From assembly GCF_040222615.1 (NCBI RefSeq), contig NZ_JAVKCQ010000019.1:21979-85978 (forward strand): a stretch of 64,000 bases of DNA, read 5' to 3'. Below the pieces are notes generated by a model. It did no database searches, was not told where the DNA came from, and saw only the letters and a list, made by a program, of their open reading frames with translations. Position 1 is the stretch's first letter, and every line of letters begins with the position of its first letter. This document shows, piece after piece, positions 47,383 to 57,411 of this stretch. The position numbers were made by a program, and so were the translations under genes. The DNA comes from Haliea sp. (lineage in GTDB: Bacteria; Pseudomonadota; Gammaproteobacteria; Pseudomonadales; Halieaceae).

Positions 47383-48672
47383 ATGAAACAGATAGTCGTT
47401 CTGGGCGCGGGCATAGGCGGAATCGCCATGGCCTACGAATTGCGCCATGTGCTTGGCAAGCGCGCTGCCATTACCGTGGTGTCGGATACCGAATGGTTCC
47501 AGTTTGTCCCTTCCAACCCGTGGGTGTCGGTGGGCTGGCGCAAGCCGGAGGACATCAAGATCCACCTGCCCGAGGTAATGGCCAAGTACGATATCGCTTT
47601 CACTGCCTCCGGAGCCGCGCAGGTGCGTGCAGAGAAAAACCAGGTGCTGCTCGGCGACGGCAGCGAACTGGATTATGACTATCTGGTCATTGCCACCGGG
47701 CCAGAGCTGGCCTTCGACGAAATCGAGGGCCTGGGGCCGGAGGGTTTTACCTCATCCGTGTGCCACGTGGATCACGCCGCCCTGGCGGAGGAGAAATGGC
47801 GGCAGTTTTGCGCAGAACCTGGGCCCATGGTCGTCGGTGCGGTGCAGGGAGCATCCTGTTTTGGTCCGGCTTACGAGTATGCCCTGCTGGCCGCGACTGA
47901 CCTGCGCAAGAAGAAGATCCGCGACCAGGTGCCGATTACCTTCGTGACTTCCGAGCCCTATATCGGGCACCTCGGGCTGGGCGGCGTGGGAGATACCAAG
48001 TCACAGCTCGAGTCGCTGATGCGGGAGCGCGACGTCAAGTGGATAACCAATGCCAGGGTTGAGCGCATTACCGCCGACGCGGTGGAAGTGGTGGAAGTTG
48101 ACGATACCGGGGTGGAAAAGAAACGGCATACACTGCCCAGCAAGCACAACATGTTCATCCCCGGTTTCCGTGGGGTGAAATGTCTCCGCGATGCAGCAGG
48201 CGAGGGGTTCAAGAATTTGTGCAATCCCCGCGGCTTCGTGCTGGTGGACGAATACCAGTGCAATCCCACTTACCGCAATGTCTACGCCGTGGGTGTTTGC
48301 GTTGCCATTCCGCCGATCGAGCAGACGCCAGTAGCGGTGGGTGCCCCGAAAACCGGCTACATGATTGAGTCCATGGTGGCTGCGGTGGGCGCGAATATTC
48401 GCCACCAGATTGAGGGCAGGGAGCCCTCGGACAGGCCCACCCTGAACGCAGTGTGCCTGGCGGACTTCGGCGACAGCGGAGTGGCGTTTGTGGCCCTGCC
48501 GCAGTTCCCTCCCCGCAACCTGAACTGGTCCAGCGAGGGCTACTGGGTGCACCTTGCCAAGATCGGCTTCGAGAAATATTTCCTGCACAAGGTCCGTGCG
48601 GGCTCGGCAGAGCCCGGTTACGAGCGGATTGTCATGAAGGCGCTGGGGATTGAGCGCCTGAAAGGCAACTGA
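47383..48672 (+). CDS. sqr: Sulfide:quinone oxidoreductase (type I/SqrA-like)
   Basis: GAGIGG, FVPSNPW, SCFGPAYE (first Cys), GHLGLGG, KTGYMIESM, NAVCLADFG (second Cys), HLAKI.FEKYF. Confidence 0.88.
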   Translation: MKQIVVLGAGIGGIAMAYELRHVLGKRAAITVVSDTEWFQFVPSNPWVSVGWRKPEDIKIHLPEVMAKYDIAFTASGAAQVRAEKNQVLLGDGSELDYDYLVIATGPELAFDEIEGLGPEGFTSSVCHVDHAALAEEKWRQFCAEPGPMVVGAVQGASCFGPAYEYALLAATDLRKKKIRDQVPITFVTSEPYIGHLGLGGVGDTKSQLESLMRERDVKWITNARVERITADAVEVVEVDDTGVEKKRHTLPSKHNMFIPGFRGVKCLRDAAGEGFKNLCNPRGFVLVDEYQCNPTYRNVYAVGVCVAIPPIEQTPVAVGAPKTGYMIESMVAAVGANIRHQIEGREPSDRPTLNAVCLADFGDSGVAFVALPQFPPRNLNWSSEGYWVHLAKIGFEKYFLHKVRAGSAEPGYERIVMKALGIERLKGN

Positions 48673-51445
48673 CAGCCGGTGCGCCGGTATCCTCTGGAGC
48701 AGGGTCAACGGCCGTCAGTCCCAGCATGGATGCCTTGCTGACAGCCTGCACGCGGTTGCGGACATTCAGCTTGGCAAAGATATTCTTGAGGTGAAAGCGC
48801 ACGGTGTTCTCGGACAGGTCCAGGTCCCTGGCAATTACCTTGTTGGCAGCACCCAGGGTCAGCAGGGCCAGAACCTCTTGTTCACGCTTGCTGAGCAGGG
48901 GCTTGGTCGAGCCGCCGGTCGCTGGTGCCAGCAGCCGCTCCCTGATGGCGACAGCATGGTTCAGCAACCCCGGGTTTAGGTCCTCGCTGTGCTCCAGGTA
49001 CAGGGCGATGAGATTGTCGAGCGGACCCGCATCGTCAACCAGGGCGCGGACGAAACCGGTGCGCCGTGACAGTGCCAGGCCCCGTTCTGTGTGTTCTCGC
49101 GCCTGTTCTCTGTCGTCCAGCGCCAGGGCTGCCTGGGCCATCAACATTGCATAGCGTATTGAAGAGCGCAGGCGCCCCTGCTCCAGGGCCTGTGCCGAAA
49201 AATGCTCCAGCTCCGCGAGCGCCTCCCGGCTGCGTCCCTCTGCGAGGAGCAGGCGGCTGATGGCAAGCGCCGCAACATCGCGCTCGCGCCATGCCGCCTC
49301 CTTGCCGTCACCACTGCGGTAGGCCTCAAGGCTGATGCCGGAATTCGTCAACACCGCACGCGCTGCCCGGTGCTTGCCGGCTCGTACCAGGAGTTCGATG
49401 CGCTGGCACTGCAGCAGATCTTCCAGGCGCGCCAGGCGCTGCTGGTCGGCGTATTTCATTGCCCTGTCCAGCAAGCGCAGGGCCGGCTTCAGGCCTGAAC
49501 GCCGGTACTCGATGTTGCTGACCGTGCAGTAGCCGGCCAGGTAGATATCGAACCAGGCCTCTCGAGCCTCCAGCTCGCGGGGGAGCTGCCGCAGTACCAT
49601 GAGTGAGATTTCGTCGCGGTCCAGTTCGTCGAGCAACTCGAACAGCAGTACATGACCGATGAGCCTGAGGCCTTTGTCCTCGCTGAACTTGCGTCGTGCG
49701 ATGTCCAGCCCGACGCGGTAGAGCTCCTCCGCCCTGGCGGACTCGCCCTCGGCAAAGCTGGCGTCGCCGAGGTGGAAGTACAGGTAGCTTTCGCCATACA
49801 GGGAGCCTATTTCGCGAAAGTTGCGTATGGCCTCCCGGGCGAAGTGACGGGCACTGCGGAAATCACCCTGCTGTGTATGGACCACACACATGAGATTGTA
49901 GTGGAAGGCGCGTCGCTCCGGATCCTGCCGGTCGATCCGGGGTGTTGACTCCAGCAGGGCCTGGTAGCTGGTTTCCCGGATTCGGCGCCCGGCATAGATG
50001 GCCAGATAGGCGTCGATCTGTCTGAGCTCGTTAAGCAGGGTATCGGGTATCTCTGTCGCCGAGATGGCAGCATCGTCCCGGGCTAGCTGCTCCGCCTCGC
50101 GGAATGTCTGCAGGGCTCTGAATACCAGCCCGTCCTTGACCTCGATGATACTCTGCAGCAACAACAGCAACGGCGAGGTCCCAATGACCCGTGTGTCGAG
50201 CAGCCCCAGCGCCGTTCGAATCCGGGTAATGCCCTCGCGCAGCCAGAGGGAAATGGTCCCCATGGACTCGATAATGTCGATGGCGCTACCGGGGTTATCG
50301 GCGAGCACGCAGTGGCGTACCGCATTGACCAGGTCGGACTCGTGCGCATGCCAGCCCGCGATGCGGGCGTGCAAGTGTCGGAGGCGTGCCGGATCCTGAA
50401 TCTGTAGCCGCCGGTAAAGATGCTCCCGCAACAGCGGGTGTAGCTGAAAGATGTCACCGGGCCCGGATATTGGCCGTATCAGGCTGTGCAGGTGCTGGAG
50501 CCGGTGAATGCGTTGCAGGCTGTCATCGACCTCCAGCACGTGATTGGCCAATTGGCAATCGACTCTCTCCAGCGGTGCAACTGACATCAGAAATTGCCGG
50601 TCTGACTCCTCCAGACTTTCCAGGATCTGGTGGGCAAGGTAGGCCGACAAGGTGCCGGTATCCCGGCCCAGCTCCTGCAGCACCCGCTCGTGGTCGCGCT
50701 CGCTGGCGAGGGCGCTGCGCAGCATTTGTACTGCGACCGGCCAGCCACGGGTGCGGCGGTAGACTTCCTCTGCTGCGGCGGCAGGCAGCTGGTCCGAGAA
50801 AATCTCCTGGATTTCGGGCAGGGTGAACTGCAGTGCGGTGGGGTCAAGGCGCTGCACTTGCCCGTCGACCTCATGCCGGCTGACGTCTAGCTCGCTGTCA
50901 TCGCGGGTGGCGATACAAAGATGCAGGTTCCGGGGTGCGTAGCGTAACAGTGGCTGAATGATTGCCGAGATGGTCGCCGGCCTGAGCTTTTCGAAATCGT
51001 CGATGACCAGCAGAACGCGTCCGGGCCAGGCGTCGATGCTGTGCTGGATAAGACTGAGAATCTGGCGGGACGTCAGTTCTCCGCGGAAAGCGTTGCTGTC
51101 CTGGTAGGTGGGTTGCAGAACGCCGGCCCGGGACAGGCTGAAGGCGAGATAAGTCAGCAGCTGCAGATCATCGTTGTCATCTTCGTCGATCGCCAGCCAG
51201 CAGCAGGTTGCTGCGTTGTCTGGCAGTTGTCGCAACCAGTTGGCGATCAGCGTGCTTTTTCCATACCCCGCGGGAGCGCTGACAATGGTCGCCAGCTTTG
51301 ACAAGCCCTCGTTCAGTCGCAGCTCGAGACCCCGGCGGGCCAGTGCATCCAGCCGTTGGCTGGGCGGATAGACCTTGGCCACTGTCAGCCACGGCGGGAA
51401 GGCCGTTGCCGGGTGGGGGGTACCTTGTGTGGCATGTTCCTGCAT
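48632..51445 (-). CDS. MalT-like large ATP-binding LuxR-family regulator
   Basis: K..PP N-terminus, SAPAGYGKSTL, LVIDDF, GWPVA, helical sensor region, C-terminal LSKREQEVL...N..IA..L.LSENTVRFHLKNIFAKL. Confidence 0.92.
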   Translation of the reverse strand: MQEHATQGTPHPATAFPPWLTVAKVYPPSQRLDALARRGLELRLNEGLSKLATIVSAPAGYGKSTLIANWLRQLPDNAATCCWLAIDEDDNDDLQLLTYLAFSLSRAGVLQPTYQDSNAFRGELTSRQILSLIQHSIDAWPGRVLLVIDDFEKLRPATISAIIQPLLRYAPRNLHLCIATRDDSELDVSRHEVDGQVQRLDPTALQFTLPEIQEIFSDQLPAAAAEEVYRRTRGWPVAVQMLRSALASERDHERVLQELGRDTGTLSAYLAHQILESLEESDRQFLMSVAPLERVDCQLANHVLEVDDSLQRIHRLQHLHSLIRPISGPGDIFQLHPLLREHLYRRLQIQDPARLRHLHARIAGWHAHESDLVNAVRHCVLADNPGSAIDIIESMGTISLWLREGITRIRTALGLLDTRVIGTSPLLLLLQSIIEVKDGLVFRALQTFREAEQLARDDAAISATEIPDTLLNELRQIDAYLAIYAGRRIRETSYQALLESTPRIDRQDPERRAFHYNLMCVVHTQQGDFRSARHFAREAIRNFREIGSLYGESYLYFHLGDASFAEGESARAEELYRVGLDIARRKFSEDKGLRLIGHVLLFELLDELDRDEISLMVLRQLPRELEAREAWFDIYLAGYCTVSNIEYRRSGLKPALRLLDRAMKYADQQRLARLEDLLQCQRIELLVRAGKHRAARAVLTNSGISLEAYRSGDGKEAAWRERDVAALAISRLLLAEGRSREALAELEHFSAQALEQGRLRSSIRYAMLMAQAALALDDREQAREHTERGLALSRRTGFVRALVDDAGPLDNLIALYLEHSEDLNPGLLNHAVAIRERLLAPATGGSTKPLLSKREQEVLALLTLGAANKVIARDLDLSENTVRFHLKNIFAKLNVRNRVQAVSKASMLGLTAVDPAPEDTGAPAVSCLSGAQSPAPS

Positions 51446-51500
51446 GAGAGAGACTGTATAAGACTGGCGGCGAGAAATCGACGCGCACGCACCCTGATAT

Positions 51501-51520
51501 GCCTACCCGAACGGGTAGGC
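51501..51520. promoter_or_regulatory. Perfect 20-bp palindrome in the divergent promoter (candidate operator)
   Basis: GCCTACCCG-AA-CGGGTAGGC. Confidence 0.6.
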
Positions 51521-51643
51521 TCACTACGCTGCAGGAGATTATTGCCCCACCCGCGGACAACGACTTCCCACACCAGAAGCTGATTGTGAGCGGAGGTCGC
51601 TCTGGCTAGGGTAAGCCCAAGGCAGTCAGGGATACATAGCGCA

Positions 51644-53197
51644 ATGAGAATCGGAGTCGATGTCGGTGGGACGAATACGGACGCAGTGCTGGTGGATGGC
51701 CTGCGGGTGGTTGCCAGTTGCAAGCAGCCTACGACAGAGGATGTCAGCTCTGGTATCGAAGCCGCTCTGCGCACGGTAATGAGGACCGCCGCGGTCGGGG
51801 CGGAAGCCGTAACCTCGGTGATGATTGGCACCACCCATTTCACCAACGCCTTCGTGGCCCGCCAGTCACTGCTGCCGGTGGGTATTCTACGGGTAGCCCT
51901 GCCCGCTGCCAGGGGTATTCCGCCGCTGGTGGACTGGCCCGGGGATATTCGCCAGGCAATCGGTGGCCCCAGTTTTCAGGTGCGTGGTGGCGTGCAATAC
52001 GATGGCCGTGTGAACGCGGAGCTCGACGAAGATGCCGTGCGCGAGGCGGCCGGCCACTTTCGCAATGCGGGGATACAGACCGTGGCCATCTCTTCCCTGT
52101 TTTCGCCCATCAGTGCCGATATGGAACTGCGCGCAGCGGGCATCGTGCGGTCGGAGATGGGTGCGGAGGTGTCGATCACCCTGTCCCATACCATTGGCAG
52201 GATCGGACTGCTGGAGCGAGAGAACGCCACCGTCATGAACGCTTCGCTAGCCCGGTTGTCCCGCGAGGTTGTCCGTTCCTTTGGCGAAGCGATGCGCGCC
52301 CTGCAGCTGGATGCTCCTTTCTTTATCAGCCAGAACGACGGCACCCTGATGAGCGCGGATTTCGTCGAGCGCTACCCTGTGCTGACCTTTGCTTCAGGCC
52401 CGACCAACAGCATGCGCGGAGCCGCGCGGCTGGGTGGTCATGAAACCGCGATGGTGGCCGACATTGGCGGCACTACCACTGATTTTGGCTGGCTGGCGGG
52501 CGGCTTCCCGCGGGAATCCTCGGTATCTGTGGATGTCGGCGGCGTACGCACCAATTTCCGCATGCCCGATATTTACGCGTTAGGGCTGGGCGGGGGATCC
52601 CGCATCGTGGAGCAGGCCGGTGATATCGCCATTGGTCCGGGCTCGGTGGGTTACCGCCTGCTGGATGAAGCCCTGGTGTTTGGCGGGTCCACACTGACTG
52701 CGACGGACATTGCGGTCGCGGCAGGCTACGCCGAAATCGGCGACCGTGAACGTGTGGCACACCTTGATCCCGCCCTGGTGGAGCGCTGTGTCGCCCGCAT
52801 GCACGACATGGTGGCTGCCGGGGTTGACCGGATGAAAACCAGTGCCGAACCGGTGCCGTTGATCCTGGTGGGAGGCGGCGCGGTGCTGATTAACCGGGAT
52901 ATCCCCGGAACCTCCGAGGTCATCGTGCCGGAGCACGCCGGCGTCGCCAACGCCATCGGTGCATCAATTGCCCAGATAGGAGGTGAAACCGACAGGGTTT
53001 TCTCCTATGAGCAAAGCGGTCGCGACGAGGCATTGGCTACCGCGCGGGCGGAAGCTTGCGAGCGCGCTGTGGCCGCCGGTGCACGACCTGACAGTATCAA
53101 GGTTATCGACCTGGAGGAATTGCCGCTGGCTTATGTGCCCGGCAATGCTGTGCGGGTGAAGGTCAAGGTGGCCGGGGACCTGGCCATCGGTAGTTGA
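51644..53197 (+). CDS. Hydantoinase/oxoprolinase-family protein (HyuA-like subunit)
   Basis: RIGVDVGGTNTD, IGTTHFTNA, SGPTNS.RGA, DIGGTT.D, GLGGGS, VANAIGA. Confidence 0.9.
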   Translation: MRIGVDVGGTNTDAVLVDGLRVVASCKQPTTEDVSSGIEAALRTVMRTAAVGAEAVTSVMIGTTHFTNAFVARQSLLPVGILRVALPAARGIPPLVDWPGDIRQAIGGPSFQVRGGVQYDGRVNAELDEDAVREAAGHFRNAGIQTVAISSLFSPISADMELRAAGIVRSEMGAEVSITLSHTIGRIGLLERENATVMNASLARLSREVVRSFGEAMRALQLDAPFFISQNDGTLMSADFVERYPVLTFASGPTNSMRGAARLGGHETAMVADIGGTTTDFGWLAGGFPRESSVSVDVGGVRTNFRMPDIYALGLGGGSRIVEQAGDIAIGPGSVGYRLLDEALVFGGSTLTATDIAVAAGYAEIGDRERVAHLDPALVERCVARMHDMVAAGVDRMKTSAEPVPLILVGGGAVLINRDIPGTSEVIVPEHAGVANAIGASIAQIGGETDRVFSYEQSGRDEALATARAEACERAVAAGARPDSIKVIDLEELPLAYVPGNAVRVKVKVAGDLAIGS

Positions 53198-53232
53198 AAT
53201 CGCCAGAGCGCTACGGGAGCACACAAGCGAAC

Positions 53233-54318
53233 ATGAAAATCAGTCTGGAAGACCTGCCCTACATTGCCACTGGCGCTGCGTTCCTGGGGACCGGCGGCGG
53301 GGGTGACCCTTACATAGGCCGGATGCTGGCAACCAGTGCGATAGAGGAGTTCGGATCACCGGAGCTGGTTGGTGTGGAAAGCCTTGCGGACGATGCCAAT
53401 GTCTACACCATCGCGATGCTGGGGGCGCCCACGGTGCTGGTAGAGAAGGGTGCCTGTGGCGATGACATTGATCTCGCCCTCGCACGGCTGCAGGAATACA
53501 CCGGCCGGCCAGCGGATGCGGTTATCCCGATCGAAATTGGCGGGGTCAACTCCCTTGTTCCGGTGATGGCCGCCGCCCGCACCGGGTTGCCACTGGTGGA
53601 CGCCGACGGGATGGGTCGAGCCTTTCCGGAAATCCAGATGGTTACCTACAACGTGCACGGCGTTTCCTGTACTCCGCTGGTGGTGACCGACGAGCACCTG
53701 AACTCACTGGTGGTGAATACCGGCAGCGCCAAGCGCGCGGAGGATCTGGTGCGTGTGTGCGCGGTGGAAATGGGTTGCAGCGTCATGCTTTCCAGCTATC
53801 TCATGACCGGTCGCCAGGTCAAGGACAGTGCGGTTACCGGTACCATGACCCTGGCGCTGGAGATAGGTCGCGCCATCGCCGCGGGACGCAAGGCTGGAGA
53901 TCCGGTGGCGGCGCTGCTGTCGGCACTGCGCGCCACGCCTTATTACAATCACTGCAAGGTGATCTTCGACGGCAAGGTCAGTGACCTGCAGCGCGATACG
54001 CGGGGCGGGTTCTCGGTGGGTCTGTGCGACCTTGTGGCGCTGGACGGAAGCGGAGCCAGCTTGCAGCTGACGTTCCAGAATGAGCATCTGGTTGCCCGGC
54101 AGGGTGACGCCGTGCGGGCCATAGTGCCCGACCTGATCTGTGTGGTGGATCGCGAAACGGCCGAGCCGATCCCGGTTGAGGGGCTCAAGTACGGGCAGCG
54201 GGTGAAGGTGCTTGGTGTCAGTGCGCCTCCCATTCTCAGAACGCCGGCGGCACTGCAGGTCTTCGGGCCCGCTGCCTTCGGGCTGGACGACATTTTCCAG
54301 CCAATCGAATCATTGTAA
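53233..54318 (+). CDS. DUF917-family protein (thiohydantoin desulfurase-like)
   Basis: GA..LGTGGGGDP, GAPTV..EK, EIGG.NS..P, VDADGMGRAFPE.QM, QNE.L, PDLI..VD. Confidence 0.88.
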   Translation: MKISLEDLPYIATGAAFLGTGGGGDPYIGRMLATSAIEEFGSPELVGVESLADDANVYTIAMLGAPTVLVEKGACGDDIDLALARLQEYTGRPADAVIPIEIGGVNSLVPVMAAARTGLPLVDADGMGRAFPEIQMVTYNVHGVSCTPLVVTDEHLNSLVVNTGSAKRAEDLVRVCAVEMGCSVMLSSYLMTGRQVKDSAVTGTMTLALEIGRAIAAGRKAGDPVAALLSALRATPYYNHCKVIFDGKVSDLQRDTRGGFSVGLCDLVALDGSGASLQLTFQNEHLVARQGDAVRAIVPDLICVVDRETAEPIPVEGLKYGQRVKVLGVSAPPILRTPAALQVFGPAAFGLDDIFQPIESL

Positions 54319-54354
54319 AAAATCGAACCAACATCAACTCTCGGGGAGAACGAT

Positions 54355-56505
54355 ATGCAGGTCAATAGCAGGATGATCGGGGCGATACTCGCTGCCACTA
54401 CCGCCGGATTCCAATATCAGCTCGCGGCCCAGCCGGCTTCCGGCCTGCAGCTCGAGGAGGTCATTGTCACGGCGCAGAAGCGCGAGCAAAGTTTCAATGA
54501 GGTCGGGATTGCGGTTACCGCCCTGAGTGGCGATGAGATAAAAGCGCTGCGTCTCAACCAGCCGGTGGATATCGCGGCTCAGACACCCAATTTGCGCATT
54601 AATAACGTGGTCGCCAACTCCATTCCCAATGTCACGATCCGCGGTATCGGACTCAATGACTATGCGACCAACAACAATCCTGCGGCGGGTATCTATATCG
54701 ACGAGGTATACCTGGTGTCACCGGCCATGCTCAGCTTCCAGATGCATGACCTGGCCCGGGTTGAAGTCCTGAAAGGCCCGCAGGGAACCCTGTTCGGGCG
54801 CAACACCACCGCCGGTGCGGTCAATTTCATCGCCAACCGCCCGAGCGAGGAATTTACCGCGGGGGCAACGCTGGACTACGGCCGCTACGAACACGCTTCC
54901 GGCCAGGGCTTTGTCAGTGGTGAGTTGATGCCGGGGCTGGCGGGGCGTCTGTCGGTACAGCGAATCCGCCAGAGCGAGGGCCACCAGACCAATCGCGTCA
55001 CCGGCGAGGATGTGGGCAGGGTAGCCAGCACCGCCTGGCGCGCCCTGTTGCAGTGGCAGCCCACGGAATCCCTGGATATTCTCCTCAACGTCCACGGCGG
55101 CAAGGATGACTCGGACATCCACCTGGTGAAGATCGACAACCCGTTTTCGGCAGAGGACGACGGCGATCGCGATGTGTTCCGCTCCGGGTCGTCGGTGGCA
55201 ACCCTGCAGCAAATAGACAGCGAAGGGTTCTCCCTGACCGCCAACTGGGCCTTTGCCGACGCGCTCAGCCTGACCTCTATCAGCGCCTGGGAAGAACTGG
55301 ACCGCTTCCATGTGGAAGACCGTGACGCCACCAGCCTGGCCCAGCTCGACGGTTATTTCGATAACGCCGTGGAGCAGTTCTCCCAGGAACTCCGCCTCAC
55401 CTACCTCGGTGATGAACTGGTGTGGATAGCCGGCGCCTTCTACGGCAATGACGACGTCAAGACCCGGGACCGTTTTGATGCCGGCGACCTGCTGCCACTG
55501 CTGGGCCTGGATGGTTTCGCATCGCTGGGCAACGAATACCGCCAGGACTCCGACTCCATCGCCCTGTTCCTGCATACAGAGTGGCAGGCTACACCTGTGT
55601 GGCGCCTGACCGCCGGTCTGCGCTATACAGACGAGGAAAAGACCTTTGCCGATGCTTTCACTTACCTGATCGGCGACGGCATCGAGGCTCCCCTGTTCCC
55701 GTCAGTGCGCAATGAATACAGCAATGACGATGTATCCGGAAAGTTCGGGGTTGATTACACCGGGTTCGAGGATACGCTGCTCTACGCCAGCATATCGCGG
55801 GGATTCAAGTCCGGCGGATTCCAGGGCCAGCTGACCTTTAACCCGGCCGACTTGCAACCGTTCCAGGAGGAAAGCCTGCTGGCCTACGAGGCCGGAGCCA
55901 AACTGACCTTGCTGGATGGTTCGATGCAGCTGAACGCCTCCATTTTCTGCTACGACTATGAGGATATGCAATTCTACGGTGGCATCTTTGATTCGCCGGT
56001 CGGCACCCTGTTCGGGATTGCCAATGTCGGTGATTCGGAGGTTACGGGTGGTGAAATTGAACTGGCATGGCGACCCGTCCAGGGGTTGGACCTGCGGCTC
56101 GGCATGGGATTGCTGGATACCGAGATCACCAGCTCCGTCGTCGGCGGCGTTGTCGAGGGCAGTGAGCTGCCGAATTCCCCGGAGTTGAACCTCAATGGGG
56201 TACTGCGCTACCAGTGGCCCCTGTCGTCGGGCCTCTATGCCGATGCCATGGTGGATTTCAACTACCAGGATGACATGGCCTTCGATATCGTGCGCCAGCC
56301 GCTGGAGGCCCGGGAGGACAGTTATTGGCTGTGGAATGCGCGCGCGGGCATTGGTGCCGCATCCGGGGCGTGGACGCTGTCGCTCTGGGGCAAGAACCTG
56401 TCCGATGAGCGCTATCGCACCCAGGTGTTGTTTTCCAGCGTGGGTTTTGGCGAGTCCTGGGGCATGCCCCGGACTTATGGGGTCAGCCTGGACCTGAGCA
56501 TCTGA
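54355..56505 (+). CDS. TonB-dependent receptor
   Basis: Signal peptide, TonB box LEEVIVTAQKRE, IRGIG, EVLKGPQGTLFGRNT.AG, C-terminal PRTYGV. Confidence 0.95.
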   Translation: MQVNSRMIGAILAATTAGFQYQLAAQPASGLQLEEVIVTAQKREQSFNEVGIAVTALSGDEIKALRLNQPVDIAAQTPNLRINNVVANSIPNVTIRGIGLNDYATNNNPAAGIYIDEVYLVSPAMLSFQMHDLARVEVLKGPQGTLFGRNTTAGAVNFIANRPSEEFTAGATLDYGRYEHASGQGFVSGELMPGLAGRLSVQRIRQSEGHQTNRVTGEDVGRVASTAWRALLQWQPTESLDILLNVHGGKDDSDIHLVKIDNPFSAEDDGDRDVFRSGSSVATLQQIDSEGFSLTANWAFADALSLTSISAWEELDRFHVEDRDATSLAQLDGYFDNAVEQFSQELRLTYLGDELVWIAGAFYGNDDVKTRDRFDAGDLLPLLGLDGFASLGNEYRQDSDSIALFLHTEWQATPVWRLTAGLRYTDEEKTFADAFTYLIGDGIEAPLFPSVRNEYSNDDVSGKFGVDYTGFEDTLLYASISRGFKSGGFQGQLTFNPADLQPFQEESLLAYEAGAKLTLLDGSMQLNASIFCYDYEDMQFYGGIFDSPVGTLFGIANVGDSEVTGGEIELAWRPVQGLDLRLGMGLLDTEITSSVVGGVVEGSELPNSPELNLNGVLRYQWPLSSGLYADAMVDFNYQDDMAFDIVRQPLEAREDSYWLWNARAGIGAASGAWTLSLWGKNLSDERYRTQVLFSSVGFGESWGMPRTYGVSLDLSI

Positions 56506-56537
56506 TTCCCCGGACATCACCAAGCAGAGGCAGCGAT

Positions 56538-57290
56538 ATGAAATCAGTCATCCACATCATTACCCCGATTATCACAGAAGGTATCCGCAGTCTCGATGAT
56601 GTCCAGCCCTTCCTGCGTCAGGACCTGGAGGTCCGCCACAGCCTTATCGTGAACGGTCCCGCATCCATAGAGTGCTCGGTGGATGAGGCCCTCAGTATTC
56701 CGGGCATTCTCGAACAGGCGGTGGCCGCGGAGCGTGACGGTGCCTCGGCACTGATCATTGATTGCATGGGGGATCCCGGGCTGGAAGCCTGCCGGGAGCT
56801 GGTGTCGATTCCCGTGCTCGGTCCGGCACAAACCTGTATGCACTACGCCAGCATGCTGGGGCATCACTTTGCATTTATTACGGTCCTGGACCGGCTCAAG
56901 CCAATGATAGATGGTCTGGTTGCACGCTACGGGCTGCAGGCGAATTACGCCGGATTCGGTGCTGTCGATATTCCGGTGCTGGAAATCGAGCAGCGCCTCG
57001 ATGAGCTGTTGGAGCAACTGGTGGCCGCATCCCTGCACAGCGTGGAGAGTACCCGGGCCGGCGCCATTATTCTGGGTTGTACCGGTTTCTTCGGATGTGC
57101 CGAGGCCATCGCAGAGCGGCTCGCTGCGGCGGGCTATGCAGTGCCGGTGCTGGACCCGATTCCGCTGACCCTGCATGCAGCGGATGTCCTGGTGAAGACC
57201 GGTCTGAGCCACAGCAAGTACATCTATCCCGCTCCCAGGCGCAAGCCCCTGGCGGGCTACGCATTGCCGGGTGCGTACGATACCGTTTGA
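56538..57290 (+). CDS. Asp/Glu/hydantoin racemase-family protein
   Basis: GPASIE, IIDCMGDPGL..CRE...IPV.GP, ILGCTG (two catalytic Cys), VPV.DP. Confidence 0.85.
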   Translation: MKSVIHIITPIITEGIRSLDDVQPFLRQDLEVRHSLIVNGPASIECSVDEALSIPGILEQAVAAERDGASALIIDCMGDPGLEACRELVSIPVLGPAQTCMHYASMLGHHFAFITVLDRLKPMIDGLVARYGLQANYAGFGAVDIPVLEIEQRLDELLEQLVAASLHSVESTRAGAIILGCTGFFGCAEAIAERLAAAGYAVPVLDPIPLTLHAADVLVKTGLSHSKYIYPAPRRKPLAGYALPGAYDTV

Positions 57291-57299
57291 GCAAGAGTG

Positions 57300-57359
57300 G
57301 CCGGGAGCTAGTACCCGGGTGCGGTTGCCCCCGGCTACTAGTCGCCTGGCATCTTTTTT
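57300..57359 (+). terminator. Long-hairpin terminator closing the hydantoinase operon
   Basis: CCGGG..CTAGTA.CCGGG / CCCGG.TACTAG...CCTGG followed by CATCTTTTTT. Confidence 0.6.
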
Positions 57360-57411
57360 GTTGCGCGGCGCTCGACGATAATATGCGGTCACTCTTTATC
57401 GGAGCGCCACG

